This document shows positions 44,912 through 54,163 of a DNA stretch of 64,000 nucleotides, in pieces. Numbering within the stretch: position 1 is the stretch's first letter; each line of letters begins with the position of its first letter. Origin of the DNA: an uncultured Solirubrobacteraceae bacterium (lineage in GTDB: Bacteria; Actinomycetota; Thermoleophilia; Solirubrobacterales; Solirubrobacteraceae). Location of the stretch: contig CAVTRA010000002.1 of the NCBI GenBank assembly GCA_963737025.1, positions 276,856 through 340,855 of the forward strand. The letters run 5' to 3'. Under the pieces are notes generated by a model, which saw only the letters and a program-made list of their open reading frames with translations, was not told the origin of the DNA and ran no database searches. A program made the position numbers and the translations under genes.

Positions 44912-45876
44912 GCGGGTGGGCTCCCGAGCACGCCGACGCCGGTGGGCTCACGCGCCGACTCGGCGAGCGCACGGGGCTCGCGCGCCCCGGCGAGCAGCTC
45001 ATACAGCACCGCCATGCGCACCACCACGCCGGCTTCGACCTGCGCGGTGATCACGGCCTGAGGCGAGTCGACGACCTCGCCCGAGAGCTCGACGCCGCGG
45101 TTGACCGGCCCCGGGTGCATCAGGATCTGGTGCGGCGACAGGCGCCGGCCGTTGATCTGGTACCAGCTGGCGTACTCGCGGAGCGAGGGCACCCATGTCT
45201 CGCTCATGCGCTCGTTCTGCATGCGCAGCGCATACACGATGTCGGCGGAGGGAAGCTCGTCGAGCGTGTAGCGCACCTCGCAGCCGAGCTCCTCGATGCC
45301 GCGCGGGATCAACGTCGGCGGACCGGCGAGCGTCACCTTGGCGCCCATGCGCTGGAACGCGAGCACGTTCGAGCGCGCCACGCGCGAGTGCGCAACGTCG
45401 CCGACGATCCAGATCGAAGAGCCGTCGATCGCGCCGAGGCGGCGGCGCAGCGTGTAGACGTCGAGTAGCGCCTGCGTGGGGTGCTCGTGCTTGCCGTCGC
45501 CGGCGTTGACGATCGCGGCGCTGCACCATCTCGAGACGAGCTCCGCGGCGCCCGCCCACGGCGTGCGCAGCACGATCGCGTCGGGCTTGTGCGCGCTGAG
45601 CGTCAGCACGGTGTCCTTCAGCGACTCGCCCTTCTCGACGCTCGAGCCGCTCGCCGCGAAGTTGACGACATCGGCGGAGAGGCGCTTGGCTGCGAGCTCG
45701 AAGGAGCTGCGTGTGCGCGTGGAGGACTCATAGAAGAGGTTCAGCACCATGCGCCCGCGCAACGCTGGCACGGTCTTGATCTCGCGGTCCGAGACCTCGG
45801 CGAAGCGCTCCGCCTGGCTGACGATCCGCTCGATGTCGCTGCGCTCGAGATCCTCGATCGAGATCAGGTGGTTCAT
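44908..45876 (-). CDS. pyrB: Aspartate carbamoyltransferase catalytic subunit
   Basis: FYESSTRTRSSFE, NAGDGKHEHPTQALLD, GDVAHSRVARS, MHPGPVNRG. Confidence 0.97.
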   Translation of the reverse strand: MNHLISIEDLERSDIERIVSQAERFAEVSDREIKTVPALRGRMVLNLFYESSTRTRSSFELAAKRLSADVVNFAASGSSVEKGESLKDTVLTLSAHKPDAIVLRTPWAGAAELVSRWCSAAIVNAGDGKHEHPTQALLDVYTLRRRLGAIDGSSIWIVGDVAHSRVARSNVLAFQRMGAKVTLAGPPTLIPRGIEELGCEVRYTLDELPSADIVYALRMQNERMSETWVPSLREYASWYQINGRRLSPHQILMHPGPVNRGVELSGEVVDSPQAVITAQVEAGVVVRMAVLYELLAGAREPRALAESAREPTGVGVLGSPPA

Positions 45877-46442
45877 GCGCCCGCCTCCAAAATCAGTGCC
45901 GGCCCGCCCTCGGCTATAGCGACCTCGTCGACGCCGTCGAGCTCGCGCACGCGCACCGAGACGTGCTCGGTGCTCGACGTGGGCAGGTTCTTGCCGACGT
46001 AGTCGGGGCGGATCGGCAGCTCGCGGTGGCCGCGGTCGACGAGCACCGCCAGCTGCACGCGCTGCGGGCGCCCGTAGGCGAACAGCGCCTCGATCGCGGC
46101 GCGCACGGTGCGCCCGGTGAACAGCACGTCGTCGACGATCACCACGGTCAGCCCGGTGACGTCGAAGTCGATGTGCGAGGCGTGCAGCACGGGCGCGTCT
46201 GGGCGCGTGCCGACGTCGTCGCGGTAGAAGCCGATGTCGAGGTCGCCGAGCGGCACATCGGTGCCCAGCAGCTCCTCCAGCAGAGCGTGCAGGCGATGCG
46301 CGAGGAACGCGCCGCGACGGTGGATGCCAACGACCGCCGGTGCCGGCTCATCGGGGTTGCGCTCGAGGATCTCGTGGGCGATGCGCGTGAGCGCACGCCC
46401 CACGTCCTCCTCGCGAAGGACCACCTTCTCGTCTGCTGCCAT
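45873..46442 (-). CDS. pyrR: Bifunctional pyr operon regulator / uracil phosphoribosyltransferase PyrR
   Basis: RALTRIAHEILE, LDIGFYRDD, VDDVLFTGRT, DRGHRELPIRPDYVGKN. Confidence 0.97.
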   Translation of the reverse strand: MAADEKVVLREEDVGRALTRIAHEILERNPDEPAPAVVGIHRRGAFLAHRLHALLEELLGTDVPLGDLDIGFYRDDVGTRPDAPVLHASHIDFDVTGLTVVIVDDVLFTGRTVRAAIEALFAYGRPQRVQLAVLVDRGHRELPIRPDYVGKNLPTSSTEHVSVRVRELDGVDEVAIAEGGPALILEAGA

Positions 46443-46448
46443 CGTTTC

Positions 46449-46481
46449 CTTCCTGGCCTCACGGGACCGGGTTAAAGGAGC
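46449..46481 (-). promoter_or_regulatory. PyrR-binding RNA element overlapping the pyrR ribosome-binding site
   Basis: Minus strand CTCCTTTAACCCGGTCCCGTGAGGCCAGGAAGG contains CUUUAA and a GUCCCGUGAGGC loop matching the PyrR binding-loop consensus. Its 3' arm is the Shine-Dalgarno sequence. Confidence 0.8.
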
Positions 46482-46493
46482 AACGGCAATGTA

Positions 46494-47534
46494 TCAGGGG
46501 GACGCGACCGCCTCGGCCTGCGAGGGCGGCTCGCTCGCGGACGGCCGCTGGTGCGCGACATCTGCCACTTCGGATGCTTCCGCCTGCGCGCGCTCGCGCG
46601 CGACGCGCTCGGACCAGCGCACGAGCGTCGCGCCGCCGCGCTCGGGGAACGGCACGTCGATCGTGTCGAAGTCGCGGGCCGCCTCGGTGGCTGGGAAGAT
46701 CGCGCGTGCCTCGTCGCGCAGCTCGCCGCCGGCGTAGCGGCTGGAGACGTGCGTGAGCGCGAGCAGCCGGACCTCGGCGTCGCGCGCGACCTCGGCCGCC
46801 TGGCGCGCGGTGCTGTGCAGCGTCTGGCGTGCGCGATCCGCGTCCTCGTCCAGGAACGTCGCCTCGTGCACGAGCAAGTCCGCCTGGTGGGCAGCGATCG
46901 CGAGCGCCTCGCACGGCGCGGTGTCGCCGGAGAGAACAACCTTGCGCCCCTCCCTGGTCGGCCCCATGACCTGTTCGGGCTTGACGCCCGCGACCGTCTC
47001 GCCTCGCTGCAGCCGGCCGAAGTCCGGTCCCGGTGTGACCCCCAGCTCCTCTGCGAGGCGCGGGTCGAGATGGCCGGGCCGCTGGTCCTCGACGATCGCG
47101 TAGCCGAACGCCGAGGCGCCTTTGTGACGCACAGGGATCGCCGCGATCACGTAGCCGTCGCGCTGCACCGTCTCGGCCGGCTCGAGCTCGACGATGTCGC
47201 ATCTGTAGGGCAGGCGCCCGAAGATGACGCGCATCTCAGCCATCAGCCCCTTCAAGCCGACTGGCCCATAAACGGTGAGCGGCTCACTGCGCTCGCGCAG
47301 AGCGAACGACTTCAGCATGCCCGGCAGCCCCAGCCAGTGGTCCGCGTGGAAGTGCGTGATGAACACGCTGTCGAGGTCGAGCAGGCCGACCGAGCGCAGC
47401 AGCTGGCGCTGCGTGCCTTCGCCGCAGTCGAACAGCACGCGGTCACCGCCGCGGCGTAGGAGCACCGCCGGGAGGCCGCGCCTGGCGCTCGGGACCGAGC
47501 CAGCCGTACCGGCGAAGAACAGCGATAGGTCCAT
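46494..47534 (-). CDS. rnz: Ribonuclease Z
   Basis: FAGTAGSVPS, FDCGEGTQRQ, THFHADHWLG, SGDT, HEATF, HST, LTHVSSRY. Confidence 0.95.
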   Translation of the reverse strand: MDLSLFFAGTAGSVPSARRGLPAVLLRRGGDRVLFDCGEGTQRQLLRSVGLLDLDSVFITHFHADHWLGLPGMLKSFALRERSEPLTVYGPVGLKGLMAEMRVIFGRLPYRCDIVELEPAETVQRDGYVIAAIPVRHKGASAFGYAIVEDQRPGHLDPRLAEELGVTPGPDFGRLQRGETVAGVKPEQVMGPTREGRKVVLSGDTAPCEALAIAAHQADLLVHEATFLDEDADRARQTLHSTARQAAEVARDAEVRLLALTHVSSRYAGGELRDEARAIFPATEAARDFDTIDVPFPERGGATLVRWSERVARERAQAEASEVADVAHQRPSASEPPSQAEAVASP

Positions 47535-47654
47535 GGTGGCTACGGTAGCGACGGGGGGCGCTGCGCGGCCTGCGCGTCGGCGCTCTGGCGCCCGCCCGCG
47601 ACACGCCCCGGCGCTAAGCTCCGGGCTCGGGGATGGCGCCACGAGACGTCGTCT

Positions 47655-47727
<73 letters not shown>

Positions 47728-47863
47728 CCTAGAACACGTCCCGCACCGCCACCTCGGGCTGCAACCTGCCCATCCCGGCCAGCGATTGGCGAACCTGGAA
47801 AGATTGCCGCGTGTCCTCTGGCGAAGACGGCCGCGTGCGCGACGCTCGCTCGGCACCTCGCGC

Positions 47864-48012
47864 ATGGAAGCATTACCCGTCCTCGGCGGCTATGTGATCG
47901 CGATCCTCGTCGGACTCGCCGTGCCGGGAGTGGCCGCAGGGGCTACTTCGCCGTCGCGGTCTACATGATCCTCTTCAGGGAGCTCCGACCGGGCTGGACC
48001 GCTCAGACCTGA
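47864..48012 (+). pseudogene. Frameshifted remnant of a membrane-protein C-terminus (TMEM175/DUF1211-like, tentative)
   Basis: ALPVLGGYVIAILVGLAVPGVAA in one frame continues as GYFAVAVYMILFRE in another. The family assignment is from recalled resemblance only. Confidence 0.4.
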
Positions 48013-48018
48013 CCGTGC

Positions 48019-49305
48019 TCAGGCCTGGACAGCAGGTTGGCTGCCCTGTAGCGCGCTGGGTCCCCGAGCCCGATGCTCGTGCGCGGGCTCGCTCTCCATC
48101 TCTGCAGGTCGCAGGCCTGTCGCGGCGCGGTACCAGGTGGCATAGCGGCTTACGAGCGGCGATGCCGAGAGGCCGTGGACGAGGACCGAGAGGCCCACGG
48201 TCAAGTAGCAGGCAGTGAGGATCGTTCCGGCGTGAGCCTGATGTGTGTCCTCGACGATCACCGCGAACACGATCGACGCGAGCCCGCGTGGCCCGAACCA
48301 GCCGATGAAGGCCACAGTCGGCCTTCGCGCCTTGGTGCCCAACAGCGAGATGGCCACGGGCAGCATGCGAACGATCGTCAGGCTTAGCACGGCATAGAGC
48401 GCGATCTGCCAGCTCACGTGCTCCAGGGCGGGGCCGAGCAGGATGGCACCGAAGACGAGGAACGTGACGGCGTCGAGTAGCACCCCGGTCTCCTCGGTGA
48501 ACTGCATAGTTCCGGCCGAGTTCTCGCGGGCGATCAGGCCAAACAGGGCACCCGCGGTGAAGGCGGCGATGAAGCCCGACCCGCCGAGTGCCTCCGCGAT
48601 CCCGTACGCGAACACCGCCGCGGCCACGGGGATGATCTGGCGCCAAGCGCCGTCGATGAGGCGCCTGGCCCCGGCCGTGTTCACGATCCCCGCGGCTACG
48701 GTGCCCGCAACGATGCCGCCGGCGAGCCCGTAGCCGATCTCTTCGCCGATCACCTGCGCCGGGTGGGCCGGACCACCGGCTTCGGAGGAGGTCGCCAGAA
48801 CAATCAACAGGATCGGGACGCAGATCCCGTCGTTCAGTCCGCTCTCGACGTTTAGCGACTGGCGCACACGTTGCGGAAGGCTCGTGTCCGTGACGACCGC
48901 GCTGCCGAGCCCCGCGTCCGTCGGCGCGAGGATCACCCCAAGGATCAATGCCTCGCTCAGCGAGAACGATCCGAACAGAGCGAGCGCGACCAGCGCGCCC
49001 AGCGCGATCGTCAGCGGCAGACCGATGCCGAGCAGGCGCACCGGCATGGAGGCTTCGTGCCGCAGGGCCCTCAGATCGATGCGCGAGGAATCCGAGAACA
49101 GCACTACGGCGAGCGTGGCTTCGGCCAGCCTTCGCACCGTCGAGCTCGTCGGTCCGACGACGAGCTCATCGAGCACCAGCGGGCCGGCGAGAACGCCGAT
49201 GGCGACCACCACGATGGTCGGCGTGATCGGCGAGTCGGACAGCCGGCGCGACACCGCCGCGACTAGCAGCAGCGCGAGTCCGACAGCGGCGAGGCCCCAA
49301 TTCAC
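48019..49305 (-). CDS. Cation:proton antiporter (CPA1/NhaP-like)
   Basis: About 12 TM segments, LAPTDAGLG, VESGLNDG, FIAAF, WFGPRGLASIVF. GTG start placed at 49305. Confidence 0.9.
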   Translation of the reverse strand: MNWGLAAVGLALLLVAAVSRRLSDSPITPTIVVVAIGVLAGPLVLDELVVGPTSSTVRRLAEATLAVVLFSDSSRIDLRALRHEASMPVRLLGIGLPLTIALGALVALALFGSFSLSEALILGVILAPTDAGLGSAVVTDTSLPQRVRQSLNVESGLNDGICVPILLIVLATSSEAGGPAHPAQVIGEEIGYGLAGGIVAGTVAAGIVNTAGARRLIDGAWRQIIPVAAAVFAYGIAEALGGSGFIAAFTAGALFGLIARENSAGTMQFTEETGVLLDAVTFLVFGAILLGPALEHVSWQIALYAVLSLTIVRMLPVAISLLGTKARRPTVAFIGWFGPRGLASIVFAVIVEDTHQAHAGTILTACYLTVGLSVLVHGLSASPLVSRYATWYRAATGLRPAEMESEPAHEHRARGPSALQGSQPAVQA

Positions 49306-49660
49306 CGCTTGCAAGATACATCGCGCGTACTCCCGGCCGGAGATCTCCAAGCGAGGCCAACAGACTTCCGCCTCGATCTACAAACGAACGTCTCACAGCC
49401 GCCACGTCAGACGCCCGGTTTAGACATCAACCATTCGCCTGGCGATCTCCACTTTGTCTCGGGGTGCTCGACGAGCCCGCTCGCGCTCGATCAACTTGGC
49501 GCACGCCAACCAACCGTCGGCCTCTTCCAACATCTTGACCGCGCGTGCGTTCTATTGGGTGAGGGAAGGCCAAAAGCGCCTTTGAGGGAACGCCGAAGGG
49601 CCCTGGCAAGCCAGTGCCCTCTCCGTGGGACAAACATCGAGAGAACTGGAGAACTAACGG

Positions 49661-50212
49661 ATGCATAAGTCAATGATCAGGTTGGTCGTCGTCGGCGCGT
49701 TGCTGGCGGCCTTTGCGATGGTCGGGACTGCATCGGCGAGCGCCGCGAGCACGTCTTGCGAAGCGAGCGGAAAGATCAAGCTCTCGCCAGGGCTGAGCAA
49801 CAACCCGACTATTCAGAACGTGCAGGTCAAGGGCAACCTCACGAACTGCACGAGCGTCGAAAGCGAAGTGACCTCGGGCAAGTTCCAGCTCCACTTCAAG
49901 ACAGCTGAACCAATCGACTGTGCGACGCTCAAAACCGCTGGCGTGGGCGCGTCATCTGGAGAAAACAAGATCATGCTCAAGTGGGGTGGCGGCATGGGTA
50001 ACTCCCAGGGTCCGGCAAGCCTGCTGATCACCGAAGAACCCGCTGCGGCGCTGACGGGTAGCATCACCTCAGGCCCGTTCGAAGGAGGCGCAGTGTCCGG
50101 CTCGCTCTCACAGAGCTACACCGGCGGCGCGACCTGCGGCGAATCGAAGGGAAAGAAGGCAGGGAAGAAGGTCAGCAAGGGCACCGTTTCTGGCACCATC
50201 GCGGTGTCGTAA
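49661..50212 (+). CDS. Hypothetical secreted protein (beta-rich, Cys pairs)
   Basis: Signal peptide IRLVVVGALLAAFAMVGTASASA, then SCEASGKIKLSPGL...LTNCTS...IDCATL. Confidence 0.78.
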   Translation: MHKSMIRLVVVGALLAAFAMVGTASASAASTSCEASGKIKLSPGLSNNPTIQNVQVKGNLTNCTSVESEVTSGKFQLHFKTAEPIDCATLKTAGVGASSGENKIMLKWGGGMGNSQGPASLLITEEPAAALTGSITSGPFEGGAVSGSLSQSYTGGATCGESKGKKAGKKVSKGTVSGTIAVS

Positions 50213-50236
50213 CCCGTAGCCCGTTTAGCGGTGCGC

Positions 50237-50271
50237 GAGGCCCCGCCCGCCCCCGAGGCTGGCGGGGCCTC
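50237..50271. terminator. Hairpin between convergent genes
   Basis: GAGGCCCCGCC...GGCGGGGCCTC, an 11-bp perfect stem. Confidence 0.65.
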
Positions 50272-50279
50272 AGCGTCTG

Positions 50280-51215
50280 CTAGATACCTGCGCCGAAATT
50301 TGTGCAACTGGCGCTGAACGACGGATCAGGCCTCGCGCTCAACTGATTGAGCACATTCTGCAGCGCGGGAGAGTCCTCGGTTAGCCCGATGTGCTCCGCG
50401 GGGTCCGTCGGGCACTGGTTCTGGATCGTTACGTTCGTCACGTCTGGTCCACTCAGGAACGCGTTGGTGTACGGGGTGACGATCTCGTCGTGGGTGGTCT
50501 CGATTACAACGTAGCGCGGTCCGGGGACCGTGTCGCCGCGGGCGAACAGGTGCTTCTCGAATGCGGACCCGACCAGCTGCTGTGGGATCGCAGGTGCGCC
50601 AAGGACCGACAGCAGGCCGCCGAGCAGCGACGAGCCCGGGATCAGTTCCAGCAGTGTGGTGAGACCGTCGACCGTTGTACCGTGATTGCTGGGTGCGAGC
50701 GCGAGGAGCACGTTCACCCTGTTCGCCCCGCCCAGGAACTTGAGGTAATAGTTCGGCATCATCCCACCCTGCGAGTGGCCCACTATGTCGACCTTGGACG
50801 CGCCGGTTTTCGAGAGAACCGCGTCGACGAATTCAGACAGTTCCCGCGCTGACTGCTGTATGTAGTTAAGGGCATCGACGCGCCCGGAAAGCGACAGGTT
50901 GGTTTCACCGTAGTTGAAGGCGTAGACGCAGTAGCCGTTGTTCGCAAGCAGCGGCGCGAGCGACACCCAGTTGGAGCCCTCGTCCTCGGCCGTGCCGTGG
51001 ACGAGCACCACCGGATACGGATGGGATTCGCTCGGCACGCAGTTTTCGTTGGCGCCAGCCACGGATGTCGGGGCGAACACCTCATGGAAGGCGAAGTCGG
51101 CCAGCGCCGCGTTGCCATAGGGGACCGGCAGCGCCGCACCAGCGGCAGCGGGTACGGCGATTGCCGCGACCGGGATCGCTGCGAGCAGCAGAAGCGTCAC
51201 CTTGAGCCTGACCAT
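50280..51215 (-). CDS. Secreted alpha/beta hydrolase (lipase class 2-like)
   Basis: PVVLVHGT, nucleophile elbow GHSQGG, DEIVTP, AEHIG; signal peptide. Confidence 0.9.
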   Translation of the reverse strand: MVRLKVTLLLLAAIPVAAIAVPAAAGAALPVPYGNAALADFAFHEVFAPTSVAGANENCVPSESHPYPVVLVHGTAEDEGSNWVSLAPLLANNGYCVYAFNYGETNLSLSGRVDALNYIQQSARELSEFVDAVLSKTGASKVDIVGHSQGGMMPNYYLKFLGGANRVNVLLALAPSNHGTTVDGLTTLLELIPGSSLLGGLLSVLGAPAIPQQLVGSAFEKHLFARGDTVPGPRYVVIETTHDEIVTPYTNAFLSGPDVTNVTIQNQCPTDPAEHIGLTEDSPALQNVLNQLSARPDPSFSASCTNFGAGI

Positions 51216-51349
51216 CGAATCCCTCCTTTGATCGCGAGCCCTACCGAGCGTCTTGGCGACGGAGCGCGAGCGACACCGTCAACCGCATCGTGCCAGCGAA
51301 CGTAACAACCGCGCTTGGCACAGTCAAGTGCCATGGACATGGGTCGGCG

Positions 51350-51910
51350 TCAGCGTCGCGGGCTCGAGTTGATCGCTCCCACGACCAGGTCGCTGCGTCC
51401 GCCGCGCGAGCACGCCTGAAATGGAAAGGGAACGACCTTCGACCTGGTCTGACCGGGCGGGTACACCCTGAATCCCGCGGCAAGCACGGGCGTGCATGAC
51501 GGAAGCGAGCCGGCATCCACGATTCGCAGTACGGCACCCGCGGAAGCGCCGCTCGCAAGACTCACGAGGCGCGCCTTGTTGGTTGCTTCGCGGGAGGCGG
51601 CGGCACCGAGACGCGCGCCGCGGAGGTCGACCGCGGAGACGCCCGGATAGCCGACGAGCGCGCAGGTGCGAGCTGCCAGGTTGGTGAACTCGAGCTCGTA
51701 GTAGACGCTGCCTGCGGTCCCGCCGCCAGGGACTTCCTTCAGCCAAATGACGAGGCCCGACGTCGAGCAGGTCGGGGCGGCCGGGTTTGCGGCTCGCGTA
51801 ATCGCCACGGGCGAGGCTGCGAGCAGCGCGCCGACGACCACCGTCGAGAGCACGCCCGCCGAAGCTGCCCCCCACAGGGAGCGGCCAGAGAGGAGCGCCG
51901 GCAGTCGCAT
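51350..51910 (-). CDS. DUF4232-like secreted protein
   Basis: CSTSGL...GGTAGSVYYELEFTN...CALVGYPGV...FRVYPPGQ pattern. Confidence 0.75.
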   Translation of the reverse strand: MRLPALLSGRSLWGAASAGVLSTVVVGALLAASPVAITRAANPAAPTCSTSGLVIWLKEVPGGGTAGSVYYELEFTNLAARTCALVGYPGVSAVDLRGARLGAAASREATNKARLVSLASGASAGAVLRIVDAGSLPSCTPVLAAGFRVYPPGQTRSKVVPFPFQACSRGGRSDLVVGAINSSPRR

Positions 51911-51928
51911 GCCTGATAGCCGCCGGCG

Positions 51929-52348
51929 TTACCGGCGGCTGAGCACCACGACGGGTATCTCGCGGTCCGTCCTGGTCTGGTACTCGTCGTAGGCGGGCCA
52001 CACCTCGGTCATCAGGCCCCACAGACGGTCGCGCTCCTCGCCTTGCGCGGTGCTCGCACGGACCGGCACGGTCTCGTCGTGAACCTCGATCGTCGCGTCG
52101 GGATCGGCCTGCAGGTTCTGATACCAGCTGGGGTGCGCCGGCGCCCCGCCCTTCGACGCGACCACGACCCAGCGGTCGCCGTCGGTGCGATGGATCAGCG
52201 GTGTGGTCCTCGGCTCGCCCGAGCTGCGTCCGTTCGTGGTGAGCAGCAGGATCGTCGTGCCGCGCCAGTCATAGCCACGCTGTCCAGCCGTCTCGCGGTA
52301 GACCCGAACGTGCTCTGCGCCAAACAGATCGTCATCGGCATCGCTCAT
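51929..52348 (-). CDS. Deazaflavin (F420)-dependent nitroreductase family protein (Ddn-like)
   Basis: LLTTNGRSSGEPRTTPL, VVASKGGAPAHPSWYQNL, YDEYQTRTDREIPVVVL. Confidence 0.92.
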   Translation of the reverse strand: MSDADDDLFGAEHVRVYRETAGQRGYDWRGTTILLLTTNGRSSGEPRTTPLIHRTDGDRWVVVASKGGAPAHPSWYQNLQADPDATIEVHDETVPVRASTAQGEERDRLWGLMTEVWPAYDEYQTRTDREIPVVVLSRR

Positions 52349-52452
52349 CGCTGATCGCGAGTCTAGCGCGACGCTTTTCCGGCGCACCGGCGGCTCCATG
52401 CTGATACTGATCTATTGGTGACTGGTCGCGAGGACTGCCCGGCAGACGCGGT

Positions 52453-53220
52453 ATGAGCTCCATAGGAGAGTCCAACCTGGCCAGGGCGAGCCGGGCTCAG
52501 CGCGCACGCTCGTTTGGGCGTGTAGCGGCCGCGTATGAGCGTGGCCGTCCGGGGTACCCGCCTGAGGCGATCGGGTGGCTGCTCGGCGATCGCCCGCTGG
52601 AGGTCCTCGATCTCGGCGCCGGCACGGGCAAGCTGACGCGTGCACTGCTGGACGCAGGCCACCACGTGACTGCTGTCGAGCCGCTCGATGAGATGCGGGC
52701 CATCCTCAGCTCCGAGCTGCCCGCGGCGCGCTCGCTCGCAGGCTCGGCGGAGCAGCTGCCCCTGGCGGACGCGAGCGTCGATGCCGTCGCTGTGGGCTCC
52801 GCGTTCCACTGGTTTGACGAGAGCGCCGCACTCGCGGAGATCGCCCGGGTACTACGACCAGCGGGGGTCCTCGGGCTGCTGGGTAACAGGTTCGACGTCT
52901 CCTCGCCGTGGGTCGCCCACGTGCGCGAGATCCTGGGGCCGCCGGCGATCGAGCGACCCGGCCACTGGCCGTCGCTGGTGGATCTGAGCGAGCGCTTTCC
53001 AGAGATCGAGGACCGCGAGTTCCCGCACGAGCAACGCATCGACCGCGCCGGCCTGCGGGACCTCGCGAGCTCGCGCAGCAGCTTGGCGTTGATGGACGAC
53101 GACCGGCGCGCGACCGTGCTCACGGGCCTCGATCGCTTGTGGGAGGAGGAGCCCGAGCTCCTCGGCCGTACAGATGTGCTGCTGCCGTGGCAGACACGCG
53201 TGCGACGCTGTAGAGGCTAA
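52453..53220 (+). CDS. Class I SAM-dependent methyltransferase
   Basis: YERGRPGYP, VLDLGAGTGKLT, AVEP, GSAEQLPL, AFHWFD. Confidence 0.92.
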   Translation: MSSIGESNLARASRAQRARSFGRVAAAYERGRPGYPPEAIGWLLGDRPLEVLDLGAGTGKLTRALLDAGHHVTAVEPLDEMRAILSSELPAARSLAGSAEQLPLADASVDAVAVGSAFHWFDESAALAEIARVLRPAGVLGLLGNRFDVSSPWVAHVREILGPPAIERPGHWPSLVDLSERFPEIEDREFPHEQRIDRAGLRDLASSRSSLALMDDDRRATVLTGLDRLWEEEPELLGRTDVLLPWQTRVRRCRG

Positions 53221-53274
53221 GTTGAGATCCACGCCGCGGGCGGCCCGCGCGGAAATCGAGCGAACCCAGCGACG

Positions 53275-54147
53275 ATGAGCTACATACCGATCGGATTCCT
53301 GCCCAGCCCGTCGAGCAACGGCTTCTACCTGGGCCCGCTGTTCGTCCATTTCTACGGGCTTGCCTACGTCTTCGCCGTGCTCGCCGCGGTGATGATCACG
53401 GCGCGCCGCTGGGAAGCTGTGGGCGGCAGTCGCCAGCTCGTATACGACGTCGCGCTGTGGGGCTTCCCTGCCGGTGTGATCGGTGGCCGCCTGTACTTCA
53501 TCGCGACGAGCTGGAACGAAGTTCCGCCGCATTGGTGGGGACCGTTTGCGGTCTGGGACGGCGGCCTCGGCATCTGGGGCGGGATCGCACTTGGCACGCT
53601 CGCTGGGATCTGGGTGCTGCGCCGCCATGGAGCGAACGTCCCGTTGTTCATGGACGCCGCCGCGCCCGCGCTGCTCGTCGCGCAGGCGATCGGGCGGATC
53701 GGCAACTACTTCAACCAGGAGCTGTTCGGCAAACCGAGCACCCTCCCCTGGGCGCTCGAAATCTCCCCCGCGCACCGCCCCGCTGCCTACGTGCACTTCG
53801 CCACCTTCCAGCCGACGTTCCTCTACGAGATCATCTGGAACCTCCTGCTGGCGGGGGCACTGGTATGGCTCGGCCACCACCGCAGGATCAGGCCGCCAGG
53901 GCTGTTCGCGCTGTACGTCGCCGGGTATTCATTCGCGCGGATCGGCGAGGAGCTGCTGCGCATCGACCCCGCACATCACATCTTTGGGTTGCGCGTGAAC
54001 TTCTACATCGCCACGCTGCTGTGCTTGGCCGGGTTGGCCTGGTTCGCGAGGATTCAGCGCGCCCCCAAGTCGCCCGGCGACGCCTCGCAGCCGCCGCCAG
54101 AACGTGCTGCGCAGAGCACGGCTCGCACGACCGTCTCGCGAAGCTAG
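53275..54147 (+). CDS. lgt: Prolipoprotein diacylglyceryl transferase
   Basis: HFYGL, GGRLYF, WDGGLGIWGG, QAIGRIGNYFNQELFG, QPTFLYE. Confidence 0.94.
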   Translation: MSYIPIGFLPSPSSNGFYLGPLFVHFYGLAYVFAVLAAVMITARRWEAVGGSRQLVYDVALWGFPAGVIGGRLYFIATSWNEVPPHWWGPFAVWDGGLGIWGGIALGTLAGIWVLRRHGANVPLFMDAAAPALLVAQAIGRIGNYFNQELFGKPSTLPWALEISPAHRPAAYVHFATFQPTFLYEIIWNLLLAGALVWLGHHRRIRPPGLFALYVAGYSFARIGEELLRIDPAHHIFGLRVNFYIATLLCLAGLAWFARIQRAPKSPGDASQPPPERAAQSTARTTVSRS

Positions 54148-54163
54148 TCCAACGCACCGAGCG

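Noticed and set aside
47728-49660. Possible prophage or ICE integrated at tRNA-Arg
   Set aside because: No integrase, phage or conjugation genes, and no att duplication in the window.
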